In this document: positions 31,601-37,330 of the stretch, one piece after another
Layout of the letters: the number at the start of each line of letters is the position of its first letter
Numbering within the stretch: the stretch's first letter is position 1
Virus record (IMG/VR): IMGVR_UViG_3300020365_000010
Location: 12,167-76,166 of that record
Reading direction: 5' to 3' (one strand)
Length of the DNA: 64,000 nucleotides
Source: a virus
Lineage: Duplodnaviria > Caudoviricetes
Notes under the pieces: generated by a model
Told to the model about the DNA's origin: nothing
Seen by the model: the letters and a program-made list of their open reading frames with translations, nothing else
Databases searched by the model: none
Program-made: the position numbers and the translations under genes

Positions 31601-34210
31601 CCCTTCTTCTATTGCATCACTGCTACTGCAACATGGTTTGAGATTGGTGCTCACTACATCCATGACGGTCGCTTTAAGAAACTTGAGGTTGATCTCACCA
31701 ATTCTGGTCAACAGATCTTCGCAGTCACAAGACGTAGCGGCATCAATCGTGCAACTACTGTCTTCCCCGAAGATCCTTCAGAGACCCCAATCCAGGGTGG
31801 ATTTAATCCCGCTGACGTGCTCGTGGGATCCACCTCAGAAGCAACTTCTGAAGTTGGTAGAGTCCAGTTTAATGAAGCAAACATCTTCAAGGTGTTTGAA
31901 TACTATCCCCTCACCAACGTCTCTTCTGTCCTGGGTGTATATGACCAATTCATCAATGGAGAGCAAGTTGTTGTCCAAGGTGCTACCGCCAACAGCGGAT
32001 ATGTGCTCCAGACAACTCCCGCAAATAACGATGGTGAGTCATTTGTAAAACTTCTCAATCGCGCAGGTGTTATTAACCCTGGTGATGTAATTGAAGGTGT
32101 TGATAGTGGTGCTACTGCAACTATCGGCACTGTTGAAGATAGATTCCTGCTCGACGTGACCTTGGGTGACTTCGCTACGGGTGAATGGTTCTTCTCCAAG
32201 AATTCCTCTTACGAGGGTTACATGGATACCTACATCAACAAGGCAGGATCTCTCACGGGTAACACTGGTGGTCGTATCACGATCGATGTTGAAACCATCT
32301 CTAATGCTTGGAATGCTGGTGATGTTATCTACGGTAACGTCACAGACTACATCTTGGAAGTCAAGGGTCTCTCTGGCACCCAGATTCAACTTAACCAGTA
32401 TGTCCACGGCGTTGCAACTTATCAGATTGACCTGGGAGTTGCAATCACGGACACAGGTGTCTCAGATACCTTCCGCGTGGGTGATGAGGTATCCTTGTTA
32501 CAAGGTACCACAGAGAAGAATCCTGGTTTCCGTGCAACTGTAACTCAATACATCGATGGCACCAACGTTGATCCTAGCGATCCTACCTATGGCATCCATC
32601 GCCTGTTTATCACCAACTTGCAACCCGTGGGTATTGGTGCTGACATCACTGAGTTGACTAATCCCGCCAACAACATTGGTAAGATTGATATCGGATCCAA
32701 CTTCCCAACAATCTACGCTAACGTCGTTAACGTAACTACAACCACATATTCTGCCTACGGACGTGTTGCTTCAATCGTGCAGCAAGGTATCACGGCAACT
32801 ATCTGGTTGGAGAATGTAGTTGGCGAATTCATCGACAACATGTCTCTCCAGTCCGACTACGGATGGGGCGGTGGTGTTTCCAAGGCACGCACACTGGAAG
32901 GTCGCGTTGAGCGTTACTTCCGTGGATTCGACGGCACTCAAACTCAGTTTGATCTCACAATCTCCAATGGTGAAGCATACTTCCCCGATCCCGCAGGTCA
33001 CCTGCTTGTCTGGGTCAACGGTGTGCTGCAACCTCCTGGTGGTAACAACTCCTACGTTGCATTCTCCGATAAGATCAACTTCTCCGAGCCACCTGATATC
33101 GGATCTGAGTTTATTGGTTACTACGTTGGTAAACTCCGTCAACTGGATGATATCAGCTTTGAGTTTGACTCCTTGAGATCTTCCTTCAACCTGAAGCGTG
33201 ACGGTCTCTTCTACTCACTGACGCTGACTGAGGGTGTTTCCTCTAACGTGATTCGCCCAGAAAACAATATCATTGTTTCGCTCAACGGTATTATCCAAGA
33301 GCCTGGTGTTGCATATGAGATCGTTGGTTCTAGAATCATCTTCGCTGAAGTGCCTCGCGCAGGCGCGACATTCGTTGGATTCTCCTACATTGGTAGTGAC
33401 GCTGACGTGATTGCAGCAACTGTGGTGCCTCCCATCGAGACTGGTGACAGACTCTTCATTGAGGGTGAGGAATTCGGTCGTGAGGTCGCTCTGATTGAAT
33501 CTTCCAACTCACTGATCACGTTTGAATACACAGGATCTGTTAAGGGTCGTAACGCACAAGCACTTGCAAACATCACTTCTGGTGAAGTTACAAATGCTCT
33601 GCTCACCTCCCCTGGTGACGGTTATACCAGCATCCCCAACGTGGACGTTATCTCTTCCACTGGTTTCGACGCACGCATCAGAGCACTGATGGGTGTTGCA
33701 AGAATCGATGTGAAGGACTCTGGTGTTAACTACTCTTCTGCGGCAGTTGCAGTTGATAACGAGGTCCCTGATGACTTCACCTCACCCGAAGGCACACCCG
33801 TCAATGGCGGTTTTGATGTCCTCGCGGGCGAAGGTAGCGAATACACTGGCGGCACAACTGTCACGCCTGGTGCAATCGCAATCGCTCAGGATCCTGTCAA
33901 TGTCACGGTTAACCAGGGCACTACTGCATCCTTCACGGTTGTGGCAACGGTCTCTAATGATCAGACCCTCAACTACCAGTGGCAGAAGAAGGAGTATGGC
34001 ACTCAGACTTGGCTCAACATCATTGGTGCTAACCAAGCAACATACAACACTGCGAATACTGTCCAATCTGATGATGGTGATGAATACCGCGTTGCTATCA
34101 CGGCAGCGGGTGCAACACCTGTCTACTCATTGTCCGCAATCCTGAGCGTCCAGACTGGTGCTACTGTGATCAGTAACTTCAGTCCCGTCCAGATCTTCGA
34201 CGACAACTAA
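13673..34210 (+). CDS. g7: giant baseplate wedge initiator gp7-like protein, 6845 aa, multidomain
   Basis: Between g6 and g8; FVNFLFEYYKSQE, KDFYISKGT..ATQYLFKILFGE and QDSFFYQNFSYVIKS...HAAGFALFG gp7-type motifs; single uninterrupted frame. Confidence 0.85.
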   Translation: MQNKNINVSDRVEGQLPEFIREEDQQFVNFLFEYYKSQEKTGRPYDILNNLLNYLDLDEYNTEQLSSSTQLLSNVGLSEDKLEVESIDGFLDQNGSIMIDNEVMYYESVTRGPDAIITPGVSIAQFDKKKQQLENPFTLFDGVRTSFPLSFLGTPTSPPSAEHLLVITYNYFNIPGVDYYLEGDEIRFTNPPRERTGVDNSDFTQIIYLVGYANQPILTLDAVPYTEWEGGHEYPMRLNTQAYRPTSEIGLIIHKNGRLLKPYEDYSIFEDTLIFDSVLGAADVIHIRSVEYIAPAYGSGADAIVQVAESGAISRLIPKSGGSGYRLDFNPKVAVISKTGEGATAKSLIGGIKDIRLIDGGQGYSSYNPPIPIIAEPVNSSGSNAVLSLTVDDVTGQVDSITIENSGSGYDFIPAITFRNPSGAEIGQPQIDSEGRLVANSIAVTEMGFGYSNPPIVYIDPAPEDGINAAAVSRINQDGQVYEILITNRGRGYLTPPRVRIIQPVGAQVLDVTVASGSVTNIEMLTGGKGYTDAPSVYIVDDRKDAYGEPIGGTGAEAIATIFNGEITDINVVNFGEGYSSEFPPKIYIAEPKSARASVDVGYDEVTGFDIIERGAGYSPSAFLGVSRGVSGPVGYDQLHNEIYAGESALRQSTHPEGSVVTNLDSLFLREVFDKFRRQFLPTIDVDFAKVNPVQVIKTIKDFYISKGTELATQYLFKILFGEEISIFYPKDEIISPSHATWVVDTVLRAELLEGDPSNLIDSQLNQYADPVDQNIKAASALIENVITIIEGTDTIYELAISEETLSGEFKIPYKTTLVEPLTTDGQIITVDSTIGWPERNGTIRINDQEEVQYKEKSLNQFIECTRSKNGVVEDWDPGTVVQSDIFVYVNRGTDQECKMRVLGIAEAGTTVLDDTGSYYIQGDKLKVANLGSTALDERLSSWLYNVKKLIQVDRIESGGVNNQTATVYCNNPHGLLVSDQVTIYGANPVVYNGTFTVTSRIDPLTFSYQLNTPTDIIPQGNILLSVDLNRGKSDQASIDKVVSEFTTNIQNSFFNDEYVYVAASGLPNYKIGPFTGSALIPGNQRKLLRFPRDVQTISERQNVAANSPIGAWINGVSIWSYKSSEYVQFGPLTGIAVTNKGENYDAGNKPALEITGGGGSGAAGEVVVNGSLTSFTVTNQGSGYTESPLVSIVGGGGSGATAQAVITGGRVTRILVEQQGSGYDSQPSVAITGGGGQGATAVANVRGPISGVNITNFGTGYTSDPEVRVNSGEGALAQPIVINGRIVSIAIINSGSGYTTPPNVIINGDGFGAIGQATIGTTGEDKGRVLSVTITNRGVGYTQGNTTVRLEAIGERATFTPEVFKWNRNLQYDLVNKYDFARGYVFTGYNNQFGGEYAHLSDPKELRYVVGDNVFLDPVTQQFKELETNFRHSPIIGWAFDGNPIYGPYGYIDPTDQNSGIRRLRTSYKLKDNVVYDESTNPNPARVDGPAIATYPAGSFVADYTYDFQSGDLDNYNGRFCKTPEYPDGTYAYFITIDASESGVAEFPYIIGPQFNSLPDNWNFDQAATQENIPADVVRYRDPYVDVDIDIDRQPNQEADVLTTEVEGYPIIFEIQDSNNDGLIDALEQQEILEMSEEATLQIYDYFPQVSEESRVDIEVETTTQFENAQIDGFVIENPGESYQVNDTVFFDNEGTGGFGASAIIDSVKGQNILGYTKEMIGDRPYGVITTDIEHELRPQDVIIVNSRPITDNTNKSFKVKVVAGIERIRVLQEGIGYNADIPPTFELITTQGQDGVLRLNLQNTGQVQTADIINSGNGYDPENPPQIRVSHPQQFKKTRYWITDYLEAAGRITINDMVQSSTRYTYVCGSITEPDADQAAFLAKFDDLGQLIWDRTLIPQNANQKRAEFMRMTLDESQENDLIYVTGQTYQPDADTFNPDIWMGLYESGFDNAAAPAGILKWQRAIGGISGSTRRDYVTSIRLDQEKQIYLAGYTDSNSPDPYDMWVIQCNPEGDLVEKRKIASEDGSEKISQIEWISNDRFLFIGENEENNDCIFGVFFYDGANIEIDYIRQIPVVGGYVRDPEMAFDEYGDAVIVWNVYNNAAAKYDKIQVSKFPYASANTGWEWTKTLTVSGDFRSIKHAGVSVDVFGNYTVVADVDASENERYALIEYMKYDGTIITETKVADPGNIGFQAKRHVVDNSGDCIIGADRRQSDQLAAFRFNDPNNSLDFTKQDTATIVYSDPGNTSNDTSIYRFGSGSLKLQAPAPVAYTGFNQETQEWSFRAWFAMNSTAHGTNHEPVLFDINPTAGNPIRVSIDGDTTSPNYERVILYVNNVQAATSTTVANWTAFAGTSWVHVTFQKREESLGLYRYEVFLNGVQQISYQSTDDIYFDDLSLAGPQTAPGASNCFIGNIDDLVIDDFAPYEGGSYTVPTSEIAITTSFSDVTLVKFDRLHTNEGNTYTLTNVRNHGSIAFTDAETLTVWYTLNMPALSAWEVGPGGLQILDMSQTFSTLNPGTYTFSSQRDSYASKTSTIPSPLGKKFLIEADVVNKFYMRDALYQKIDNVLDFTFNQDVKLTKGSILQQFNEAGVTQAYGTIVNVPAGTLENPGVGTTYEVGKIFGTFNNTDRFRTTAGDVNEIAGEYFDSEEPESPWQAATAYVAQDRVYYQKRIYEAQGSGTSGTIPPTHGAGVVSDGVINWAFIDDAGKFDVDLTQHPYPRPQYIGNDMPEWLPHRLYAVGQKVWYRLNVYEVAPSGGGVTTTTPPTHTTGDVSDGTVTWRFVETREAISQYARFMEYDLGNHYQVRIEEIHPGSQYIVGDVVSLRENNIELAEDEKSVKIVGFASVKKIRVTAQLEKDIIRTASARTEFVYCTSNSPHFYNVGDIIYTEGFQGTQFNGSFFIDQVLGTREFTFAIRDLASANPTFNQNAIASVNIYAKHPTLVFTRDHQYIFDLSDTSNFGYYLSFSQDNQYKLEYSFNNIVREGTPGINATGSNAPFVKFSVLGDVTNISYYFDPSRTGDDSPVGSNSFIDVIKTPYDGRFTVSEVVTDFQFKFPLLKEPEKNSAEVITDEFDKPYSFYSTTSTRAIGPINTIKLVSPGGFYQKLPIINDIASFRQIEKIIINDGGTEYAPGIYYDVAIDGDGEGAKATVTVELDDEVGSGTISNISVADPGKGYTTATIDIDAIPGILGATLAGSGASASVIIPAEGTGASVFLTGRNIGKIKRLKNNEFGFGYSHDYTLRPEITFPVNLQLFNTSILSEIKITDPGSGYTSTPAVVIEGGGGTGAEAVAVVKNNRLSEIQIKNPGAGYSSEPTVTLKSEFNYVVNLDLNYLQFNFPHGITTGAAIQFRSDDVGSTVGELPKPSSAGLTTLVEGQIYYAIAGNESGLENDQIRFGLTPQSAAAGDYITFLTQGSGRQVLLTEVFGGKAEAIVETSRFLEGETVFQGPNVEQATATGTVSTNTGWQIGPKILKIVDYDGDWLAGEKVTGTISKASGLIDNLSIARGVLNIGSLTKTPGRFIDDVGKPSEIVQKIQDSFFYQNFSYVIKSETPISNWKTQVLENNHAAGFALFGQLQLTGGKDVSGRKIGTEFTKQVNINNYSNVNQITSFGAAQPIYTDFNNTEVLFRKKRLTSSEEILTSIVKKLDNVSDRFNGIDKQFPITVEGEQVIVNQNQLMITINGVIQAPGDSYQVVGGNLVFSEAPRPASKVNYRIIEVTPTPIYRINLYSGQAGIPNYGIFPTLGQQIQGENSDAFATVIDSGTNHLDVINITGGPFELNEEIVRGTLFSALVQSVDLLNTDTIFQFGESITNLEGDTAIIEETNLVDGVISDRLVVSKTSGTAKYETGIFDLKLNEFIYSAKSKIAGQITFISPYVDPVTSDIVTELEINPGSTFYGLLFERLVSITNPNVILDDISKSSITPTELYNDEERINADFLDFEEVRSTEVTYTDLTGGTIAEGDVIKNRRVFYGNPTSAYHGTAGNRFYDAATRIRENKQQLIDWGDAEIVVEHPDFYYPGDIQTNEWSRFADAHRFIQKNRQYIAAKAYDDMKAQFPSFTDPNPAKCKRDMEIFMESLGADIYRGGNVYIRKFTQQYFDSTGALVYVDGETLETRFAYEKVKDYVLLAITNNLSGQYTALHGPDAGTVYDAYQDLTITADQSPNDDYGTAGSNTDNTDPDGCSDVQDALTTLWEIVDEALTNGTLSELPDEQVGTYSPGQVKCRRDAGLFVDALANDVAQGGNFNIVEFTKSYFDGAGVPLTNGLVGETAESITVFNKIRDLAYRAINNLLYDKDLEILYDPLTYGGTAPGQLYDANYANGNNQDINNCADVRAYIATLTDIATVAIAAGNLNNVNALASVSDGTYVDGETIRTAKIAYDDKSSGLFVLGQQIRGVTSGAVFEAVGVNSGLKWIFAGPITGTLQEGELLTNSTLANQGNVVQTKVNKYFRLDGQKALSFPQAGYLVAADSYDYAFGTADDFTIEGWWAAAGVTGTQTLVDLRRNDVNVGLRLVMDGSTLRVYNGTTQLISGGTITATLWQHIALVRNNNVLQLYVDGTQVGSNYVDTNDYLYTKVTIGADFNAATGYTGFLDNFFINNKQGLYTQSFIPATQVDYTNDNIVLGLNGEGDFICSTTETFATFTGSRTSSATAKVIDYETKSLIIKDVDLGRAEQRRCADIIELNDAWIAEEAVGMMKAQFPDFIMPGDDPANNSYGGTNYCLRDTKDYIIGALIKDLREGGNYHTLYTARTYLEASGKLKHVGNEILQTLYTWDVVGDIINTVITTTSLDLTGAYSEKLRIPNNFSSPASQSVQDEIRALIDDLLQVLAPTRNGFKDSGVLIWKNRDYIAEEVVGYLNDKYTKDIDGTETNFLIMPGAGSSGCIDDIKNYILPGIIGDLVTGGTYNTKAVIDNYLDSQDNILHVEHELNPMLDAFAYAKFLCLKAANNMLVSPNTTVAELGVPAWVQNGDYYEPLYTTRSAYRDDTITIDTQGWPQTGVANWSNYYDAWRLIKGNQKLIAKEAVAIMNDLSKYQTFEIPGGAVNCEDDIEDMIDAVLHDLLHNCNKEIWEAAELYIEPEDNSLKHIESEWEASVTTYKIVRDLCTLAMRNALGRDYIEGNGPGSTSVQSYEQNPFEIMYRDTADAIDANIRLIAENAVYDGMQQYPSLNINGGIRGGQEFDVVTATYDPANGVSVINLGAGHGLVTGNRITIQPESIGFTCTLDQNSATKYYPRKGDGNYNASIAITAHTSDTITVNVGASGVDGQYAHTFVTAKKGAVVSNGYIDCVHDTTDILKSLVFNLKYGGENWMQYAAEFYVNTANTIQHLSGVTTESIWILERARDLAKRAMRDQLITNNAGWSAGQRYYDATPQPTNQLRNVDPVSGVDITTFNNISTRDWAFRTVSISTNPAVGVTPTEDAVFEFDAVLPSSGLTDFTFLSFGNNSSQGLYLGFRDNQTYLRLRAGNSDTTVAGGASHSDTGLALVDVPVADLIADGYFDDNRHQITIEIRVGGNQILGAGRVRIWIDGNQIGEGQTPGNTSTGLGEAAGIWCADNNNGTYGGGYAAASVPAGENNTTAPLSPYAPSDLIYYRNRQVDPGFTGTETSEIEARIDTLMQVVTNAISNPGNVANNSYSLPYIWPIKYTPEKAYRDLTVGYDFANGGQDQDGFWNQTCPNVASAIDTLFDIVINTITEAAVNSNNYLTGVPKTLPPTNNTEYQAGTCHNEQSAIDTLFDIMIDTLGGGTNNEKHVANMLLFNHQAIAQRVIDQTTANYASTNVDISFADAVLRAVRYDMVTGGNAGSFRLAQTWFDGEGNFIAFQDTTRSHLIYALTRCREYIKSALYLLDEDPGWAGYPTFAGDDGQRFEWFQEAAEFIIDSSLNPLEYALELSKFPTEASVTFVASTDAQNMKTSHEMGIDYNTDPALVLLTPVVEVGYERAEYRIRINRPNQFRRGDVLQYIPASQTSLEGLSGQPFFYCITATATWFEIGAHYIHDGRFKKLEVDLTNSGQQIFAVTRRSGINRATTVFPEDPSETPIQGGFNPADVLVGSTSEATSEVGRVQFNEANIFKVFEYYPLTNVSSVLGVYDQFINGEQVVVQGATANSGYVLQTTPANNDGESFVKLLNRAGVINPGDVIEGVDSGATATIGTVEDRFLLDVTLGDFATGEWFFSKNSSYEGYMDTYINKAGSLTGNTGGRITIDVETISNAWNAGDVIYGNVTDYILEVKGLSGTQIQLNQYVHGVATYQIDLGVAITDTGVSDTFRVGDEVSLLQGTTEKNPGFRATVTQYIDGTNVDPSDPTYGIHRLFITNLQPVGIGADITELTNPANNIGKIDIGSNFPTIYANVVNVTTTTYSAYGRVASIVQQGITATIWLENVVGEFIDNMSLQSDYGWGGGVSKARTLEGRVERYFRGFDGTQTQFDLTISNGEAYFPDPAGHLLVWVNGVLQPPGGNNSYVAFSDKINFSEPPDIGSEFIGYYVGKLRQLDDISFEFDSLRSSFNLKRDGLFYSLTLTEGVSSNVIRPENNIIVSLNGIIQEPGVAYEIVGSRIIFAEVPRAGATFVGFSYIGSDADVIAATVVPPIETGDRLFIEGEEFGREVALIESSNSLITFEYTGSVKGRNAQALANITSGEVTNALLTSPGDGYTSIPNVDVISSTGFDARIRALMGVARIDVKDSGVNYSSAAVAVDNEVPDDFTSPEGTPVNGGFDVLAGEGSEYTGGTTVTPGAIAIAQDPVNVTVNQGTTASFTVVATVSNDQTLNYQWQKKEYGTQTWLNIIGANQATYNTANTVQSDDGDEYRVAITAAGATPVYSLSAILSVQTGATVISNFSPVQIFDDN

Positions 34211-34213
34211 ATA
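34208..34213 (+). promoter_or_regulatory. late promoter TAAATA
   Basis: Overlaps gp7 stop, upstream of YHYH gene. Confidence 0.55.
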
Positions 34214-34226
34214 AAAGTAAAAAGCG

Positions 34227-35822
34227 ATGACTGCAACCGCCAGTTATGACCAAGCCACAAACATCCTCACGGTGGCGGCAGATGGACTGCCCAACCCCGT
34301 GGGGTATGGCACGTTCCCGAATGACAATAATCCCAACTCAGTAACTGAGCAGGATTTTGATCACGACTTCTTTTATCGTGGCGGCACGTTTGGTATCAGT
34401 CGCACCTTTGATAGTAATGCATGGGTCCAAGATGGATTCATCAGATCTATTTCATTGTCATTGAATGACAATAGTTTGTTTGGCACTGATAACGAGATTC
34501 GTGTTGGTGACCATCTCATGTTTACCTTCAGTGATGGTATCAAGAGAAAATTTGTTTATAAAGGCACCTCATTTACTTCAATTGAAGATGAGTGTTGGTT
34601 AGCATCTGATGATCGTCTTGACCTCATTATGAGGACTCAAGAAGCAGGCACGACTGGCACCTATGAATACTATGATCAGAGAAATGCTCGCCTAGAGACA
34701 CCTCTGGGTATGATTGGTGTTGCTGCTAATGGTGTAGCATTCTTTAATCCTAGTGCTGGTGGCGGTGGTCAACCTCCTATTGGATTTAATTGGAATGCAC
34801 ACTTTGACCCAGACATCGTAAACTTCGGTCCTGATAATTGCGGTGGTCACCCTGAGCAGTCGGGACAATATCACTATCACGATAGTCACTTTATCGATTG
34901 CTGGAAGGCAAATTCAGCAATGGCAGGTTATAACGACTATTACGGTAGCACACAGTTTAATGGTGACAACATCAGACACCCTGATGGTCACTCCAAAATG
35001 CTCGGCATTGCTTTTGATGGATTCCCTATCTACGGTCCTTTCAGTTATAACGACCCCTGGAATAATCTAAGTGGTGTCACAAATATGACCTCATCTTATG
35101 GTATTAAAGATAATGAGGCACCAGGGAGACCTGAGTATGGTAATGACTCCGACAACCCTCCTGCAGGGGCACTGATACAGGACTGGGAGTATGTAGAGGG
35201 CACGGGATCACTTGACTACCATAACGGTAGATTTTGTGTAACACCTGAGTTTCCTAATGGCACATATGCCTATTTTATTTCTACAGATGCATCTGATGCA
35301 GATGTCCCCACATTCCCATATTTGATGGGATTTACACCCAGAGAAACTCTGGATACAACCTTCACTATTGAGACTGTAATCCCCGATCCTGGCGAGGGTG
35401 GTGGCGGTGGTGGTGGCGCTCCTGTGCTTCCTACATTGCAGTTTACTCTGCAACCTCAGAATGCAACCCAGAATGTTGGAGAGACTGCAACCTTTACAGT
35501 TGCTGCTCAGATCCTTCCAGAAAACGGACCTATCTCCTATCAGTGGTATCGATCTACTGATGGTGGATTTGCGTTTGCTGCAATCACTGGTGCAACAGGC
35601 ACTAGCTATTCAGTGACCGCTTTGGCATATATGACTGGTTACAAATACCGTTGTCGTATTAGAGGACCAGTCCCACAAAATAATGCAGAAAACTCACCTC
35701 TCGATTCTAACTCTGTCACTCTGACAGTTACTGGATCTGGTGGTGGTGGAGATCTTGATAACCGCTTCGATAGCACTACTAGCACAATGGACTCCACAAT
35801 CCAAACCTTCGACGGCACCTAA
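34227..35822 (+). CDS. YHYH-domain structural protein with C-terminal Ig-like domain
   Basis: IGVAANGV, CGGHPEQSGQYHYH, GIAFDGFPIYGP, HNGRFCVTPEFPNGTYAYF; QPQNATQNVGETATFTV...YQWY...YKYRC. Confidence 0.85.
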   Translation: MTATASYDQATNILTVAADGLPNPVGYGTFPNDNNPNSVTEQDFDHDFFYRGGTFGISRTFDSNAWVQDGFIRSISLSLNDNSLFGTDNEIRVGDHLMFTFSDGIKRKFVYKGTSFTSIEDECWLASDDRLDLIMRTQEAGTTGTYEYYDQRNARLETPLGMIGVAANGVAFFNPSAGGGGQPPIGFNWNAHFDPDIVNFGPDNCGGHPEQSGQYHYHDSHFIDCWKANSAMAGYNDYYGSTQFNGDNIRHPDGHSKMLGIAFDGFPIYGPFSYNDPWNNLSGVTNMTSSYGIKDNEAPGRPEYGNDSDNPPAGALIQDWEYVEGTGSLDYHNGRFCVTPEFPNGTYAYFISTDASDADVPTFPYLMGFTPRETLDTTFTIETVIPDPGEGGGGGGGAPVLPTLQFTLQPQNATQNVGETATFTVAAQILPENGPISYQWYRSTDGGFAFAAITGATGTSYSVTALAYMTGYKYRCRIRGPVPQNNAENSPLDSNSVTLTVTGSGGGGDLDNRFDSTTSTMDSTIQTFDGT

Positions 35823-35825
35823 ATA
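35820..35825 (+). promoter_or_regulatory. late promoter TAAATA
   Basis: Overlaps stop codon, upstream of 35849 gene. Confidence 0.55.
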
Positions 35826-35848
35826 ACACTGTAAAAGAGTAACCATCC

Positions 35849-37327
35849 ATGGCCAAGCAAAACCTTAGTATTGGTAACACCGCTAATGACGGATTGGGCG
35901 ATAGTCTCCGTGATGGTGCTATCAAACTCAACAGCGTCATTGACGAAATCTATACCGCTCTTGGTAACGATACCAACCTCCAGGTAAACGTAGGGACTCC
36001 TGCAGATGGACAGGTATTGCGATGGAATGGATCCGCTTTTGCTGAAGCACACTATGATTCATTGACAGCGAATCTGAATGTCAAGACATTCCAAATCACA
36101 TCAGAATCAAATGGTGATGTCGTAATTCAACCTAACGGCACAGGTAAGATTAAGTTATGGGGTGGCGGCACTGGTGATGCTTTAACTTATATTGATGGCA
36201 CCAGTGGTAAGTTGATGTATTCAAACCATGTGGATGCCTTAACAGATCTGCCCGATGCTGCTACTCATCATGGCATGTTTATCCATGTCCATAATGAAGC
36301 ACATGGTTACTTTGCACACTCTGGTGCTTGGACACAACTCCTAGATACAGGATCATCCATCGGTGATATGGATGATGTTGACCTTACAGTTGGCGGTGGT
36401 CCTTCTGATGGTCAAGTCCTGAAGTGGAGCACAGCTAACAGCAAATGGGAGCCCGCTAATGACCTCAATGGTGGTGGCGGTGGTGGTGGCACCACACAAA
36501 ACTTGTTTGAAACTATCAATGCGGATAGTGGATCAACAACTGCTTCAGCAGCAACTGATACTCTGACTATTGCTGGCGGCACAAATATTCAGACATCGAT
36601 CACTGGAGATACAGTCACCATTAACATGAGTGGCACTCTGGGAGATCCTGATCAAAATCTTTTCTCTGTAATTGGATCTGACAGTGGAAGTAAAACTGCG
36701 AATAGCACTGCTACTACTATTAACTTCGTTGGTGGCACTGGAGTTAGCACTGCTATCAATGGCGATAACCTCACTATTACAAACGACGCCCCTAACGTAG
36801 TCCAAGAAGTTTATCGCACAATCAGTGGCGATACTGGATCTACTACAGCAGCACTGTCTACCTCAACGTTGAGCATTGTTGGTGATACTGGCGTATCCAC
36901 AACTGTCACCTCAAACACGGTAACCATTGGTGTTACAGGTCTTCTCCCCACAGCAAACTCCAACGAGGTGCTCATTTATGATTCAAATGATGGTTGGGTA
37001 ACACAAGAATCTGCTGGTGTTGGTTTTGATATTGCAGGTGGCACGGTCAGTGGTTATGTGCTTACTGGTGGTGGTTACAACAATACCAGTGGTAACCCAA
37101 CAATTTATGTCTATCGTGGATTTACATACAGATTCAATAACCTGACTGGCAGTGGACACCCATTTGCAATCCGTCAGTCTGCAGGTGGATCTGCAGTGAC
37201 AGGCATTGCTGGATCACAAAATGGAATCCAGTATTGGACAGTGCCAATGACACTGAGTGCTGGCACGACATATGTGTATCAATGCACTCTGCACTCTGGA
37301 ATGGTCGGTAACATTGTAGTGGTCTAA
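35849..37327 (+). CDS. gp9/gp10-like baseplate-fibre connector with C-terminal cupredoxin-like domain
   Basis: N-terminus MAKQNLSIGNTANDGLGDSLRDGAIKLN (T4 gp9/10 anchor pattern); C-terminus GHPF...YQCTLHSGM. Confidence 0.75.
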   Translation: MAKQNLSIGNTANDGLGDSLRDGAIKLNSVIDEIYTALGNDTNLQVNVGTPADGQVLRWNGSAFAEAHYDSLTANLNVKTFQITSESNGDVVIQPNGTGKIKLWGGGTGDALTYIDGTSGKLMYSNHVDALTDLPDAATHHGMFIHVHNEAHGYFAHSGAWTQLLDTGSSIGDMDDVDLTVGGGPSDGQVLKWSTANSKWEPANDLNGGGGGGGTTQNLFETINADSGSTTASAATDTLTIAGGTNIQTSITGDTVTINMSGTLGDPDQNLFSVIGSDSGSKTANSTATTINFVGGTGVSTAINGDNLTITNDAPNVVQEVYRTISGDTGSTTAALSTSTLSIVGDTGVSTTVTSNTVTIGVTGLLPTANSNEVLIYDSNDGWVTQESAGVGFDIAGGTVSGYVLTGGGYNNTSGNPTIYVYRGFTYRFNNLTGSGHPFAIRQSAGGSAVTGIAGSQNGIQYWTVPMTLSAGTTYVYQCTLHSGMVGNIVVV

Positions 37328-37330
37328 TAG

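Noticed and set aside
13841-34066. Many minus-strand and alternate-frame ORFs inside gp7 (e.g. 24062..25099, 26975..27910)
   Set aside because: Shadow ORFs of a biased coding strand; no RBS, promoter or recognisable domain
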